From: Prolixibacteraceae bacterium UBA5740
Lineage (GTDB): Bacteria > Bacteroidota > Bacteroidia > Bacteroidales > Prolixibacteraceae
Length of the DNA stretch: 59,688 nt
Assembly: GCA_002419285.1 (NCBI GenBank)
Contig: DIFU01000105.1
Location: forward strand, 32,970-92,657
Direction: 5' to 3'
A program made the translations under genes and the position numbers. The notes under the pieces are model-generated. The model was given only the letters and a program-made list of their open reading frames with translations, had not been told where the DNA came from and ran no database searches. Positions 10,921 to 21,242 of the stretch are shown one piece after another (positions within the stretch are counted from its first letter, which is position 1; each line of letters starts with the position of its first letter).

Positions 10921-10954
10921 AAAAAAAGCCTTCCATCGGGAAGGTTTTTTTTTT
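10921..10954 (+). terminator. Intrinsic terminator after floA
   Basis: AAAGCCTTCC-ATC-GGGAAGGTTT hairpin with a long T-run. Confidence 0.85.
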
Positions 10955-11169
10955 ATTCTACCCATACGAAAAACCAGTGAGGTCAAAAACCATCCTCAGT
11001 GTATTTTGTTTAGCTATTGACCAGTTGGTTACTTTCAGCTTCTTTGATTAAATGTTACCACATGATCGAAATTGCTATCTTCCAATGATGTCATGCCGAA
11101 GAGGTCGAATTGAATCCAAAGTATCAGAAAAGGAATAATTGTCAGATGTTTTATTGAAAATCAGAAGGT

Positions 11170-12177
11170 ATGAAAATCCCGTTTTTATTCTCAGTCATTA
11201 TATTAGCCTTTTCCTGCTCCACCCCCGTATATGACATGGTTGTTACAGTAGGAGGTGAAGTCCGGGCAGATAAACTGGGCGCAACACTGGCCCACGAGCA
11301 TGTACTGGTCGATTTTATTGGTGCTGCACATGCAGATCCGGTTAGGCACAATCGAGACTCGGCCTTTTCCATCATTCTTCCGCATATTGAAAAGATCAGG
11401 GATCATGGCATTAAAACGTTTGTCGATTGTACTCCCCGTTTTTTGGGAAGAGATCCGCTCCTGTTAAAAATGCTTTCTGATGCTACGGGGATGCACTTTC
11501 TTACAAATACAGGTTTTTATGGCGCCGTCAACAATAAATATATCCCGGAGCATGTACTTAACATGCCTGCTGAAGCAATTGCTGCCTTTTGGATTGCCGA
11601 GTTTAAACAAGGGATTGACGGTACTGGCATCCGACCAGGATTTATTAAAATTGGCGTCGATGGCGAAACGCTTTCCGATTTCCATAAAACCCTGGTGACA
11701 GCTGCAGCCATGGCTCACAAAGCCACCGGTTTGACCATCATGTCGCATACAGGAAAAGCAAGCCTCGCCCAGGAGCAGATTGATATCCTGGAGGCACAAG
11801 GAGTTAAAGCCGAAGCATTTATATGGACGCACGCCCATCTTGAGAAAGACATGACTAAACATGTTGAAATTGCAAAAGCGGGAGCCTGGGTTTCATTTGA
11901 TGGGTTCAGGGGAAATCCGGAAGAAATCACAGAACTGACCGAAATGGTCGTAAATATGAAAAAGAACAACTGTGCCGTCAAACTTCTTCTTTCACAGGAT
12001 GCAGGATGGTACGATCCGGAATTTCCAGATGGAAGTAATTACCAGGAACACACGCTCATATTCGATAAGCTATTTCCCGAACTAAATGCAGCAGGCATTA
12101 CAGATGCCGATCTGAACCGTTTTCTGAATAAAAATCCAGGAAAAGCCTTTACGGTGAAATTCAGGATCAATGAGTAA
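11170..12177 (+). CDS. Phosphotriesterase/lactonase-family amidohydrolase, probable lipoprotein
   Basis: HEH, GFIK, SHT, THAH and SQDAG metal-ligand motifs; lipobox-like AFSC after a hydrophobic leader. Confidence 0.85.
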   Translation: MKIPFLFSVIILAFSCSTPVYDMVVTVGGEVRADKLGATLAHEHVLVDFIGAAHADPVRHNRDSAFSIILPHIEKIRDHGIKTFVDCTPRFLGRDPLLLKMLSDATGMHFLTNTGFYGAVNNKYIPEHVLNMPAEAIAAFWIAEFKQGIDGTGIRPGFIKIGVDGETLSDFHKTLVTAAAMAHKATGLTIMSHTGKASLAQEQIDILEAQGVKAEAFIWTHAHLEKDMTKHVEIAKAGAWVSFDGFRGNPEEITELTEMVVNMKKNNCAVKLLLSQDAGWYDPEFPDGSNYQEHTLIFDKLFPELNAAGITDADLNRFLNKNPGKAFTVKFRINE

Positions 12178-12248
12178 AAAATTGCCTGCCCTTCCGGCCA
12201 TTGCAAAATCATTTGTTAGATTTGTCGAAATTAAAAAACAAATTTGCT

Positions 12249-13382
12249 ATGATTCTTGGGCTTTTAAAAGAGCAAGGCGATGAAACAAGGGTTGCACTAC
12301 TTCCTGAAAACATAAAGATCCTTACTGCGCAAAACGTTGAGGTTCTTGTTGAGGAAAGTGCCGGGTTCAAAGCTTTTACTTCAGATGATGAATTTAAGGA
12401 TGCCGGGGCAAAGTTGGTTACTAGAGAATTGGTTTTCGAAAAAGCTGATCTTGTTTTACAGATTCAGCCCCCTTCAGATGAAGATATTTCGAAAATCAGG
12501 CCCGAGCAGGTTTGGATCAGCGCATTCAATCCACTTTGGGAAACCGGTCTGGTGAAAAAGTTTCTGGATAAGGGAACGACCACTTTCAGTCTTGATTCCA
12601 TTCCACGCACCACTAGGGCACAGGCTATGGATATTTTATCCTCACAGGCAACGGTAGCTGGTTACAACGCAGTTTTAGATGCCGCCCTCCAATTACCAAC
12701 CTTTTTCCCTATGTTCATGACTGCTGCTGGCACTATCCGACCGGCAAATGTTTTGATTTTGGGAGCTGGCGTAGCCGGACTTCAGGCCATTGCCACTGCC
12801 CGGAGATTGGGCGCTCAGGTCGAAGCATTTGACGTGCGGTCAGCTGTAAGAGAAGAGGTGAAAAGTTTGGGCGCGCGCTTTGTAGAGGTTGAAGGCGCCA
12901 AGGAAGATAAAGCCGCAGGAGGTTATGCAGTCGAACAGACTGACGAATTCAAGAGGAAACAGCAAGAAGCTATCAATGATCATGCGGCGAAATCAAATGT
13001 AGTCATCTGTACTGCACAAATTCCCGGAAGAAAAGCGCCCATGCTTTTACCAGCCGAAGCAGTTGAAAGAATGAAACCAGGTTCGGTCATAATTGACCTG
13101 GCAGCCTCTACAGGAGGAAACTGTGAACTTACAAAAAACAACCAGACGGTTATCCACAAGGGCATCACCATTATTGGGCAGTCCAATTATCCAGCCAGAA
13201 TGCCCCTGGATGCCAGCCGTATGTTTGGCAAAAATGTCATGAATTTTCTGGCTCTTCTGATAACAAAAGAGGGAGCTTTGCACCTCAACTTTGAGGATGA
13301 TATTGTTAAAGGTACCTGTATTACCCACAAGGGACAGGTATTGAATGAACGGGTAAAATCAGTAATGGATAACCTAAAGTAG
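12249..13382 (+). CDS. pntA: NAD(P) transhydrogenase subunit alpha part 1 (dI)
   Basis: ETRVAL, PRTTRAQAMD, GAGVAG, GGYA motifs. Start trimmed to MILGLLKE. TAGATTTG promoter box at 12217-12224. Confidence 0.95.
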   Translation: MILGLLKEQGDETRVALLPENIKILTAQNVEVLVEESAGFKAFTSDDEFKDAGAKLVTRELVFEKADLVLQIQPPSDEDISKIRPEQVWISAFNPLWETGLVKKFLDKGTTTFSLDSIPRTTRAQAMDILSSQATVAGYNAVLDAALQLPTFFPMFMTAAGTIRPANVLILGAGVAGLQAIATARRLGAQVEAFDVRSAVREEVKSLGARFVEVEGAKEDKAAGGYAVEQTDEFKRKQQEAINDHAAKSNVVICTAQIPGRKAPMLLPAEAVERMKPGSVIIDLAASTGGNCELTKNNQTVIHKGITIIGQSNYPARMPLDASRMFGKNVMNFLALLITKEGALHLNFEDDIVKGTCITHKGQVLNERVKSVMDNLK

Positions 13383-13387
13383 ACGTT

Positions 13388-13714
13388 ATGGAACATATAT
13401 TACAATATTTTTTTACTTACAAGGAAGCAATTTTCATAATTGCCCTTTCGATCTTCCTGGGCATTGAAGTGATTTCCAATGTACCGGCAGTTTTGCACAC
13501 TCCTCTGATGTCGGGAGCAAACGCCATCTCCGGTGTTATTATCATTGGAGGCATCATTTTGGTTGGCCATGCTGACCTGAGCAAAGTTTCGGTTGACCTT
13601 TTACTGGGGATTCTGGCACTCATCTTCGGTACGTTAAACGTAGTTGGAGGATTTGCCGTCACTGACCGGATGCTTGAGATGTTTAAAAAGAAGAAAACTC
13701 AAAAAGCCAGCTGA
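13388..13714 (+). CDS. pntA: NAD(P) transhydrogenase subunit alpha part 2 (membrane)
   Basis: LHTPLMSGANAISG and NVVGGFAVTDRMLEMF. Confidence 0.95.
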   Translation: MEHILQYFFTYKEAIFIIALSIFLGIEVISNVPAVLHTPLMSGANAISGVIIIGGIILVGHADLSKVSVDLLLGILALIFGTLNVVGGFAVTDRMLEMFKKKKTQKAS

Positions 13715-13716
13715 CC

Positions 13717-15156
13717 ATGAACCAGATTTTAGGAATATTTGATGGAGTTTCTGTCACCTTAGGAGACAGCCTTCTGGAGTTAAGCTATCTGATCTCTGCC
13801 CTTTTGTTTGTTTATGGGCTAAAAAGATTATCGAATCCTGCGACTGCCCGAAATGGAAACATCTGGGCTGCCGCTGGCATGTTGCTTGCCATGATAACCA
13901 CAGCCCTGCTCCATAAAAATGATGCAGGACATAACATCCCTATCAGTAATCTAATTATTATCATTCTGGCAATATCGGTTGGATCTGTTGCTGGGTGGAT
14001 CATTGCCCGAAAGGTAAAAATGACAGCCATGCCCCAACTTGTCTCTCTCTACAATGCTACTGGTGGGCTTGCCTCTGCTTTGGTTGGGTTACTCGAGTTT
14101 CCAAAGGCTATGGCCGGAAACTTCGGATCACTTCTGGTAACAGTCCTCGGTCTTCTGATCGGGGCCGTTGCTTTCTCTGGAAGTATGATTGCCTATGGCA
14201 AACTTGACGGTAAGGTCGGAGACATACGTGCCGGGTACATGAAATATGTCAATATGTTGCTAATAGTCGCGACTCTGGCATTTGGAGCCTGGGTAACCTT
14301 CAACGGTGGCCAGCCATCAGAACAAATGTGGGCCATATGGCTCCTATTCGGACTTGCCATTCTTTATGGAGTACTGTTTGTTATGCCGATTGGTGGAGCC
14401 GACATGCCAGTTGTTATTTCCCTCCTGAATGCGTTGACCGGCATAGCCGCCGCCATGGCTGGATTCATCTATCATAACCAGGCAATGATACTTGGAGGTA
14501 TCCTGGTTGGTGCGGCAGGAATGATTCTGACCATGTTAATGTGTAAGGCCATGAACCGATCCTTAATAAATGTGATTATAGGGGCATTTGGCGGAGGAGG
14601 TGCTGCAGCTGACCGTGACATGGGTATCATGAAGGAAATTACAGTTAGCGATGCTGCTGTCCTACTGAATTATTCACAGAAAATTGTCATTATTCCAGGC
14701 TATGGTCTCGCAGTTGCCCAAGCCCAGCATATTGCACATGAACTAGATAACCTTTTGGAAAGCAGGGGCGTCGATGTTCGCTATGCCATACATCCGGTTG
14801 CAGGGCGTATGCCCGGACACATGAATGTGTTGCTTGCTGAAGCGGATGTTCCTTATGAAAAACTGGTAGAAATGGATCATATCAACCCTGACATGCCCAA
14901 TGTTGACGTAGCTATCGTAATTGGAGCAAATGACGTTGTAAATCCTGCAGCTTATGATGATCCATCCTCCCCTATTTATGGCATGCCCATTATTGATGCA
15001 CATCTTGCCAAAAATATCATTGTAATGAAACGTGGTGCCGGCAAAGGTTATGCGGGAATTGAAAACTTCCTGTTCTTTAATGACAAGACCAGAATGTTTT
15101 ATGGAAATGCCAAAGATTCACTCCAGAAGTTAGCTGCAGAAATCAAGAATATGTAA
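13717..15156 (+). CDS. pntB: NAD(P) transhydrogenase subunit beta
   Basis: MTAMPQLV, IGGADMPVVISLLN, HPVAGRMPGHMNVLLAEA. Confidence 0.97.
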   Translation: MNQILGIFDGVSVTLGDSLLELSYLISALLFVYGLKRLSNPATARNGNIWAAAGMLLAMITTALLHKNDAGHNIPISNLIIIILAISVGSVAGWIIARKVKMTAMPQLVSLYNATGGLASALVGLLEFPKAMAGNFGSLLVTVLGLLIGAVAFSGSMIAYGKLDGKVGDIRAGYMKYVNMLLIVATLAFGAWVTFNGGQPSEQMWAIWLLFGLAILYGVLFVMPIGGADMPVVISLLNALTGIAAAMAGFIYHNQAMILGGILVGAAGMILTMLMCKAMNRSLINVIIGAFGGGGAAADRDMGIMKEITVSDAAVLLNYSQKIVIIPGYGLAVAQAQHIAHELDNLLESRGVDVRYAIHPVAGRMPGHMNVLLAEADVPYEKLVEMDHINPDMPNVDVAIVIGANDVVNPAAYDDPSSPIYGMPIIDAHLAKNIIVMKRGAGKGYAGIENFLFFNDKTRMFYGNAKDSLQKLAAEIKNM

Positions 15157-15178
15157 GTTCAATTAAACCTACCACTAT

Positions 15179-15213
15179 AAAGGTCCGGAGGAACATTCTC
15201 CGGGCCTTTTTTT
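15179..15213 (+). terminator. Intrinsic terminator after pntB
   Basis: AAAGGTCCGGAG/CTCCGGGCCTTT stem with a T-run. Confidence 0.85.
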
Positions 15214-15357
15214 ATCATGATAAGTTGAACCTTAAACTCATCAACAAATACCGGGAAAGAAAATGATCAAAAAACTATAATATTGACCTGCCTGTTCAGA
15301 CCAAGAAAAATCTGGAAGAATTGTTAATTTTGCTACAAACAATAAAAAAATAGCCAT

Positions 15358-16371
15358 TTGGAAAAGCAAATCATTCTGGAAGGTATTGACCCACTCGAGT
15401 TTTATGGTGTCAATAATGTCAAATTCAACCTGATAAAGAATTTTTTTCCAAAAATCAAAATAACTGCCAGAGGACATTCCATTTATTTGCAGGGCGAAGA
15501 AAAAGAGCTCGAAAATTTTGAAAATAAGTTTGGATATATTCTAGACCACTATTACCAATTCAATATACTTACCGAGGAATTCATTTCACAGATCATGGTC
15601 AGTAATTTTGACGGTATTGCAGGGTCTGACGAAGAACCAGACATTCTTGTATACAGCAATACGGGGAAGCCTATTCGGGCCCGAACACCCAACCAAAGAA
15701 TACTTGTTGAAGAAAGCAAAGATCATGATCTGTTGTTTGCGATTGGCCCGGCTGGAACCGGCAAAACCTATACTGCCATTGCCATTGCCGTTAAGGCACT
15801 TAAAAACAGGGAGATAAAACGCATCATCCTGAGTCGCCCTGCTGTTGAAGCAGGTGAAAGACTCGGTTTTTTACCCGGTGATCTGAAAGAAAAGATTGAC
15901 CCCTATCTGCAACCACTGTACGATGCCCTTCTGGATATGATTCCTGCCAAAAAGCTGGAAGAATTTATCAAGGACGGAACTATCCAGATAGCCCCATTGG
16001 CATTTATGCGCGGGCGTACCCTTAGCAATGCATATGTAATCCTTGATGAAGCGCAGAACACAACCATTAACCAATTAAAAATGTTTCTTACCCGTATGGG
16101 TATGAATGCCAAATTCATCATAACCGGCGACGTTACGCAAATTGACCTGCCCGACCATCAGCAATCAGGGTTGTTGCTGGCAATGCGCCTCTTAAAGGAT
16201 ATTGAAGGAATCAGCATGGTGATGTTTGACAACAGGGACATAGTCAGGCACAAACTGGTGCGCGATATCGTCAATGCATATGATCGTTATAGTGAGGAAA
16301 AGGAAAAGATAAAGGAACGTCGCAAGGAAGAAAGAATAAGGCAGGCGGAAATTAAAAATGAACAAACATAA
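15358..16371 (+). CDS. phoH: PhoH-family ATPase (YbeZ-like)
   Basis: [39 protein letters not shown] start; TAATTTTG box at 15325-15332. Confidence 0.93.
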   Translation: MEKQIILEGIDPLEFYGVNNVKFNLIKNFFPKIKITARGHSIYLQGEEKELENFENKFGYILDHYYQFNILTEEFISQIMVSNFDGIAGSDEEPDILVYSNTGKPIRARTPNQRILVEESKDHDLLFAIGPAGTGKTYTAIAIAVKALKNREIKRIILSRPAVEAGERLGFLPGDLKEKIDPYLQPLYDALLDMIPAKKLEEFIKDGTIQIAPLAFMRGRTLSNAYVILDEAQNTTINQLKMFLTRMGMNAKFIITGDVTQIDLPDHQQSGLLLAMRLLKDIEGISMVMFDNRDIVRHKLVRDIVNAYDRYSEEKEKIKERRKEERIRQAEIKNEQT

Positions 16372-16382
16372 AAATTAGAGAC

Positions 16383-17333
16383 ATGACATCACAGGCATTA
16401 ACAAAAACAGATTTCAAATTTCCCGGGCAGAAAAGTGTCTATCACGGAAAAGTCAGGGATGTCTATAACATCAATGACGAATATTTGGTCATGGTGGTGA
16501 GTGACCGGATTTCAGCCTTTGACGTGGTACTTCCCAAAGGAATTCCATTTAAAGGACAGGTTTTAAACCAGATCGCCGCCAAATTCCTGGATGCAACATC
16601 AGATATCGTTCCCAATTGGAAAATTGCAACACCGGATCCAAATGTTACCGTTGGCCATTTTTGTGAGCCTTTTAAAGTCGAAATGGTTATCCGTGGTTAC
16701 CTTACTGGCCATGCCTGGCGCGAATATAAATCAGGGAAAAGAAGTCTCTGTGGGGTTTCATTGCCCGAGGGCATGAGAGAAAACGAGAGATTTCCTGAAC
16801 CTATCCTTACTCCTACCACCAAGGCTTCAGAAGGGCACGATGAAGATATATCAAGAGATGATATCATCGGGCAAGGGCTGGTGAGCCGCGAAGATTATGA
16901 AATGCTTGAAGACTTTACCCGTCGGGTATTTGCCAGGGGAACTGAAATTGCTGCCAAAATGGGCTTGATTCTTGTTGACACCAAATATGAATTTGGCAAA
17001 AAGGATGGAAAAATCTTTTTGATTGATGAGATTCATACTCCCGATTCATCCCGTTATTTTTATGCCGAAGGGTATGAGCAAAGACTGGCAAATGGGGAGC
17101 AGCAAAAACAGCTCTCAAAAGAATTTGTCCGCCAATGGCTAATCCAAAATGGATTTCAGGGGAAAGAAGGGCAGTCAGTACCTCCTATGTCTGACGATTT
17201 TGTAAACTCTGTAACTGACCGGTACATCGAATTGTACGAAAATATCACTGGTGACCAGTTTGCAAAATCTGATACTTCTGCCATTCTTCAGCGAATTGAA
17301 AATAATGTAAACGATTTTCTTCATAAAAGATAA
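16383..17333 (+). CDS. purC: SAICAR synthetase
   Basis: [32 protein letters not shown]. Confidence 0.97.
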   Translation: MTSQALTKTDFKFPGQKSVYHGKVRDVYNINDEYLVMVVSDRISAFDVVLPKGIPFKGQVLNQIAAKFLDATSDIVPNWKIATPDPNVTVGHFCEPFKVEMVIRGYLTGHAWREYKSGKRSLCGVSLPEGMRENERFPEPILTPTTKASEGHDEDISRDDIIGQGLVSREDYEMLEDFTRRVFARGTEIAAKMGLILVDTKYEFGKKDGKIFLIDEIHTPDSSRYFYAEGYEQRLANGEQQKQLSKEFVRQWLIQNGFQGKEGQSVPPMSDDFVNSVTDRYIELYENITGDQFAKSDTSAILQRIENNVNDFLHKR

Positions 17334-17350
17334 CCTGACAGAACAAGATT

Positions 17351-17860
17351 ATGAAACATCTGACAATGCTTTTCCTGATAACTGCCATTGCTTTTCAAGT
17401 CATTGCACAGGATAACTTTACGCTTGCCAAGTTGAATGCACCAGCTCCAACATTCAGTTTCGAATCAAAGCCGGGAACAAAACACCAAATTTCCGATTAT
17501 CGGGGCAAGGTCGTTTTGATCACATTTTTTGCGACATGGTGCGGTCCATGCCGTGCTGAGTTACCTCATATCGAAAAGGACATTTACCAAAAGTATGTTG
17601 ACAACCCCAATTTTGAGCTGCTAATTTTTGGCCGGGAACATGATTGGGAAACGGTGAACAAATTCAAAAAGGAGCAGAAATTTTCGATGCCATTTTACCC
17701 CGATCCTGAGAGAAAAATATTCTCGCTTTATGCTAGTCAGAATATTCCAAGAAACTTCATCCTTGATAAAAAAGGGAATATTGTGTACGCATCTGTTGGG
17801 TTTAATGAGGAAGAATTTGCCAAAATGAAGGCTGAAATTGAAAAACAGCTTAAATTGTAA
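17351..17860 (+). CDS. Exported TlpA-family thiol-disulfide oxidoreductase
   Basis: Signal peptide, FFATWCGPC, IPRNFILD. Confidence 0.88.
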   Translation: MKHLTMLFLITAIAFQVIAQDNFTLAKLNAPAPTFSFESKPGTKHQISDYRGKVVLITFFATWCGPCRAELPHIEKDIYQKYVDNPNFELLIFGREHDWETVNKFKKEQKFSMPFYPDPERKIFSLYASQNIPRNFILDKKGNIVYASVGFNEEEFAKMKAEIEKQLKL

Positions 17861-17925
17861 TTACCCCTTTTCAAAAACACTTAGACTCATACCCCAGGTT
17901 TAATGTATAAATATACAGTACAGAT

Positions 17926-18219
17926 TTGACCAAGGAAATTATTTCGAAGGAACAAAAAGAGGCAGCCAGGTTTGCCAAAGCTTTGGGACATCCAATGCGT
18001 GTATATATTCTTCAATATCTCTGGAAGGAGGCTTGTTGCTACAGTGGTGATTTGAGCGAAGTGCTTCCGATTGCCAAATCGACGCTTTCACAGCACTTGA
18101 AAGAATTAAAAAAAGCCGGACTGATTAAAGGTGAAACTGAAGCGCCACGCATAAAATACTGTATTGACAAGGAAAATCTGGAAAAAGCGCAAAATTTAAT
18201 GCAGAGCCTTTTTTCTTGA
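17926..18219 (+). CDS. arsR: ArsR/SmtB-family transcriptional repressor
   Basis: AKALGHPMR, CC motif, STLSQHLKELKKAGLI winged HTH; TTG start. Confidence 0.88.
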   Translation: MTKEIISKEQKEAARFAKALGHPMRVYILQYLWKEACCYSGDLSEVLPIAKSTLSQHLKELKKAGLIKGETEAPRIKYCIDKENLEKAQNLMQSLFS

Positions 18220-18236
18220 TTTGAAATCCTTTAAAT

Positions 18237-18258
18237 TTGTTCGTAAATTTACGAACAA
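18237..18258. promoter_or_regulatory. Perfect 22-bp palindrome, probable ArsR operator
   Basis: TTGTTCGTAAA/TTTACGAACAA between arsR and the thioredoxin-like gene. Confidence 0.75.
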
Positions 18259-18273
18259 TAAAAATTCAGTGAA

Positions 18274-18507
18274 ATGGAGATCAAGGTACTTGGAACTGGT
18301 TGCCCTAAATGTAAGAATTTGGAAAAACTCACACAAGAAGCGGTTGAAATGTCTGGTGTTACAGCAAACGTAACCAAAGTGGAGGACATTATGGTAATCA
18401 TGAAATATGGAATCATGGCGACGCCAGCACTGGTTATTGATGGAAAAGTTGTTGTGAAAGGAAGGGTACCCTCTGTAGCTGAAATCATTTCATTGCTGAA
18501 AGGATAA
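18274..18507 (+). CDS. Small thioredoxin-family protein (MTH895/ArsE-like)
   Basis: IKVLGTGCPKC and YGIMATPALVIDG. Confidence 0.88.
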   Translation: MEIKVLGTGCPKCKNLEKLTQEAVEMSGVTANVTKVEDIMVIMKYGIMATPALVIDGKVVVKGRVPSVAEIISLLKG

Positions 18508-18561
18508 AGCACCATAAATATCACTCAGGAATTGATAGTACAAAATTCAAAAACATACATC

Positions 18562-18936
18562 ATGAAAAGACAAATCCTTGTTATGGTCCTCTTGATGCTG
18601 GCACCTTTATTTCATGCCTATTCGCAGGACAAAGACCAAAAGGTGGAAGCATACTATTTCCACAATAAAACCAGATGCATGACTTGCAATACGGTCGAGA
18701 AAGTGACCAAAGAGTCATTGCAGGAATTATACGGCGATAAAATTGTTTTTAAATCACTCGTATTTGAGGATAAGAGCAATAAGGATGTCGTGAAAAAATA
18801 CCAGGTCGAAGGGCAGTCTCTTATTTTTGTAAAAGGAGACAAGAAAACTGATATCACAAACTATGCTTTTCTGAATGCTGTGACCCGTCCCGAAAAACTG
18901 AAGGAGAAAATCAAGGAAACTGTAGACAATCTTTAA
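18562..18936 (+). CDS. Exported ArsF-like thioredoxin-fold protein
   Basis: Signal peptide, YYFH..RCMTC motif, ars context. Start trimmed to MKRQ. Confidence 0.75.
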   Translation: MKRQILVMVLLMLAPLFHAYSQDKDQKVEAYYFHNKTRCMTCNTVEKVTKESLQELYGDKIVFKSLVFEDKSNKDVVKKYQVEGQSLIFVKGDKKTDITNYAFLNAVTRPEKLKEKIKETVDNL

Positions 18937-18961
18937 CTTGAAACACATTGTTTATTTGTTG

Positions 18962-18998
18962 AAATGAGTCCGGCACATAAAAATGCCGGACTCATTTT
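18962..18998 (+). terminator. Intrinsic terminator closing the ars cassette
   Basis: AAATGAGTCCGGCA/TGCCGGACTCATTT 14-bp stem. Confidence 0.8.
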
Positions 18999-19090
18999 CA
19001 TTTCCGGCCAATTTTCGTTAACTTAACCCACCTGAATCAGTTGTAAACTGACTTAACTTTTCTTTCCGAAAACTCAATAAAACCAACGAT

Positions 19091-19864
19091 ATGATAACAC
19101 CAACAATTGGTTTCATCGGCGGTGGCAGAATCACCAGAATTCTACTTCAGGCATTCGCCAACAAGAAGATCAATTTATTGAAAGCCACAGTCTTCGATAT
19201 AAATACCGAGAATGTCGATAAGTTAAAATCCCGGTTTCCCGATATTCATCAGGGAACTTTGGAGGAGGCTGCATCGAAGGAGATTGTAATCATTGCCTTG
19301 CACCCACCGGCAATTCCGGACACACTGAACCTTATTTCGGAATATTTGACCAGCGAGACCATACTTGGGTCACTTGCACCTAAAATAAGCAGTACAAAAT
19401 TCAGCCAATTGGTTCCTAATGTCAAGAAACTGGTCAGGATGATTCCAAATGCCACCTCCATCATCAATGAAGGATATAATCCCATTTGGTTCAGCGACGG
19501 ATTTCCTTCGCACGACAAAGAAACCATACTTCAAATGATGGATTTCCTGGGCACAACGCTCGAAGTTGAGGAAAATCAGCTGGAAGCATACGCAATTATT
19601 TCAGCAATGGCTCCGACTTATTTCTGGTTCCAGTGGAAAAAGCTCACTGATCTGGGAGTGAAGTATGGAATGTCAGAGCGATTTGCGCGCGAGGCAGTAC
19701 TCCAATCGATGTATGGCGCTCTTGAAACTTATTTCAATACGGCCATGTCGCCTGAAGAGGTGATGGACCTTATACCTGTTAAACCAATAGGTGAACATGA
19801 AAAGGAAATTGAAGCCATTTATGAGCAAAAATTGACAGAACTATACCAAAAAATCAAGCCTTGA
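19091..19864 (+). CDS. Pyrroline-5-carboxylate reductase-like NAD(P)-binding oxidoreductase
   Basis: GFIGGGRI Rossmann motif and VRMIPN; C-terminus divergent from canonical ProC. Confidence 0.7.
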   Translation: MITPTIGFIGGGRITRILLQAFANKKINLLKATVFDINTENVDKLKSRFPDIHQGTLEEAASKEIVIIALHPPAIPDTLNLISEYLTSETILGSLAPKISSTKFSQLVPNVKKLVRMIPNATSIINEGYNPIWFSDGFPSHDKETILQMMDFLGTTLEVEENQLEAYAIISAMAPTYFWFQWKKLTDLGVKYGMSERFAREAVLQSMYGALETYFNTAMSPEEVMDLIPVKPIGEHEKEIEAIYEQKLTELYQKIKP

Positions 19865-19868
19865 ATGA

Positions 19869-21242
19869 TTACAGGCCACTTACTTTGTGCGCCGCAGTTG
19901 ACTTAAAGGAAAGTGTCTTAAGGTTTTTGCGAAACCTGAAGTTGAAAAGAATTCCTGCCACACCAAGCCCGACCAGATAACCAAACCATATTCCGGATGG
20001 GCCAAAATTGAGAGGGAAAGCAAACACCCAACTTACAGGAATCCCAATACATAAATAGGCAATAAATGCAAGAAACATGGGAACCTTGACATCGGCCAGT
20101 CCCCTGAGTATTCCAAGCATCACAACCTGTAGTCCGTCAAATAGCTGAAAGATTGCGGCAATAATCAACAATTTGGCTGCCAGGTCAATAACAGCGGTAT
20201 CTGTAGTGAAAATCTGTGGCAAAATGAATCTCAAGGCAATAAACATCAATGCATTAAAAGTCATAAACGACAGGACAAGGTGTGCTGCTGCATTTGCCGC
20301 ATTTCTCATTCCCGCAAAATCCCTGGCCCCCATCATATGGCTTACCCTTATGGTACTTGCCGTTGATATACCCAGCGATATCATATAAGTGAATGAGGCA
20401 AGGCCGATGGCCACCTGGTGGGCTGCAAGTTCTACCACGCCCAGCCAGCCCATCATCACGGCGCCAATACTGAACGACAACATCTCTACAATTAGCTGAA
20501 AAGCTATGGGGAGGCCAATCTTCAACAGCCTCACTATATCATGCTTTCTGATTCTCTGGACGTGAGCCAAAATCAGATATTTTCGGAAGCGACTGTTGCG
20601 CATGATTATGAGAAGGAATAAGACAGGCATGATCAACCTGGAAATGAAGGTACCGACCCCTGCCCCTTCAAGACCCATCTCAGGGAAGCCCCATTTGCCA
20701 TAAATGAACAGATAATTAAACAAGACATTCACTGCATTGGATGCCAAAGTGATTTTCATTGCCATTCTTGTATTCCCGATTCCTTCAAAGAATTGCTTCA
20801 GGGTAAAGAATCCTACAAATGGGATCATTGAGGCACATAGCCATAGATAATAAGGTTGGGCTTCCCGGGTAACTTCGGGTGACTGGCCAAAATAAGGCAG
20901 AAGGAAATATACTCCCAACATGATGAGAGTCAAAAAAAATCCGGCAATGATATAGGTAAAAATCCCGTTTTTAAACCATTGTGTTGTTTGCCTGATTTCA
21001 CCCTTGCCATAGGTTTGCCCTGCCAGCGGTGTGATTCCGAAAGTAATTCCCATACCAAATATCATCCCGATCATAAAGACGCTATTGGCAAAGGAAGCAG
21101 CTGCCAACTCAACGGTTCCTACCCTCCCTACCATCGCATTGTCAACAAGCGAAACCGATACCTGACCCAGTTGTGACAGGATGACCGGAAATGCTAAAGT
21201 CAGATTCCTACGGTAATATGGAAAATACTCGGAAAATTTCAT
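19869..21242 (-). CDS. MATE-family efflux transporter (NorM-like)
   Basis: About 12 TM segments, VDNAMVG, GAGVGT, FQLFDGLQ. Start trimmed to MKFSEY. Confidence 0.92.
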   Translation of the reverse strand: MKFSEYFPYYRRNLTLAFPVILSQLGQVSVSLVDNAMVGRVGTVELAAASFANSVFMIGMIFGMGITFGITPLAGQTYGKGEIRQTTQWFKNGIFTYIIAGFFLTLIMLGVYFLLPYFGQSPEVTREAQPYYLWLCASMIPFVGFFTLKQFFEGIGNTRMAMKITLASNAVNVLFNYLFIYGKWGFPEMGLEGAGVGTFISRLIMPVLFLLIIMRNSRFRKYLILAHVQRIRKHDIVRLLKIGLPIAFQLIVEMLSFSIGAVMMGWLGVVELAAHQVAIGLASFTYMISLGISTASTIRVSHMMGARDFAGMRNAANAAAHLVLSFMTFNALMFIALRFILPQIFTTDTAVIDLAAKLLIIAAIFQLFDGLQVVMLGILRGLADVKVPMFLAFIAYLCIGIPVSWVFAFPLNFGPSGIWFGYLVGLGVAGILFNFRFRKNLKTLSFKSTAAHKVSGL

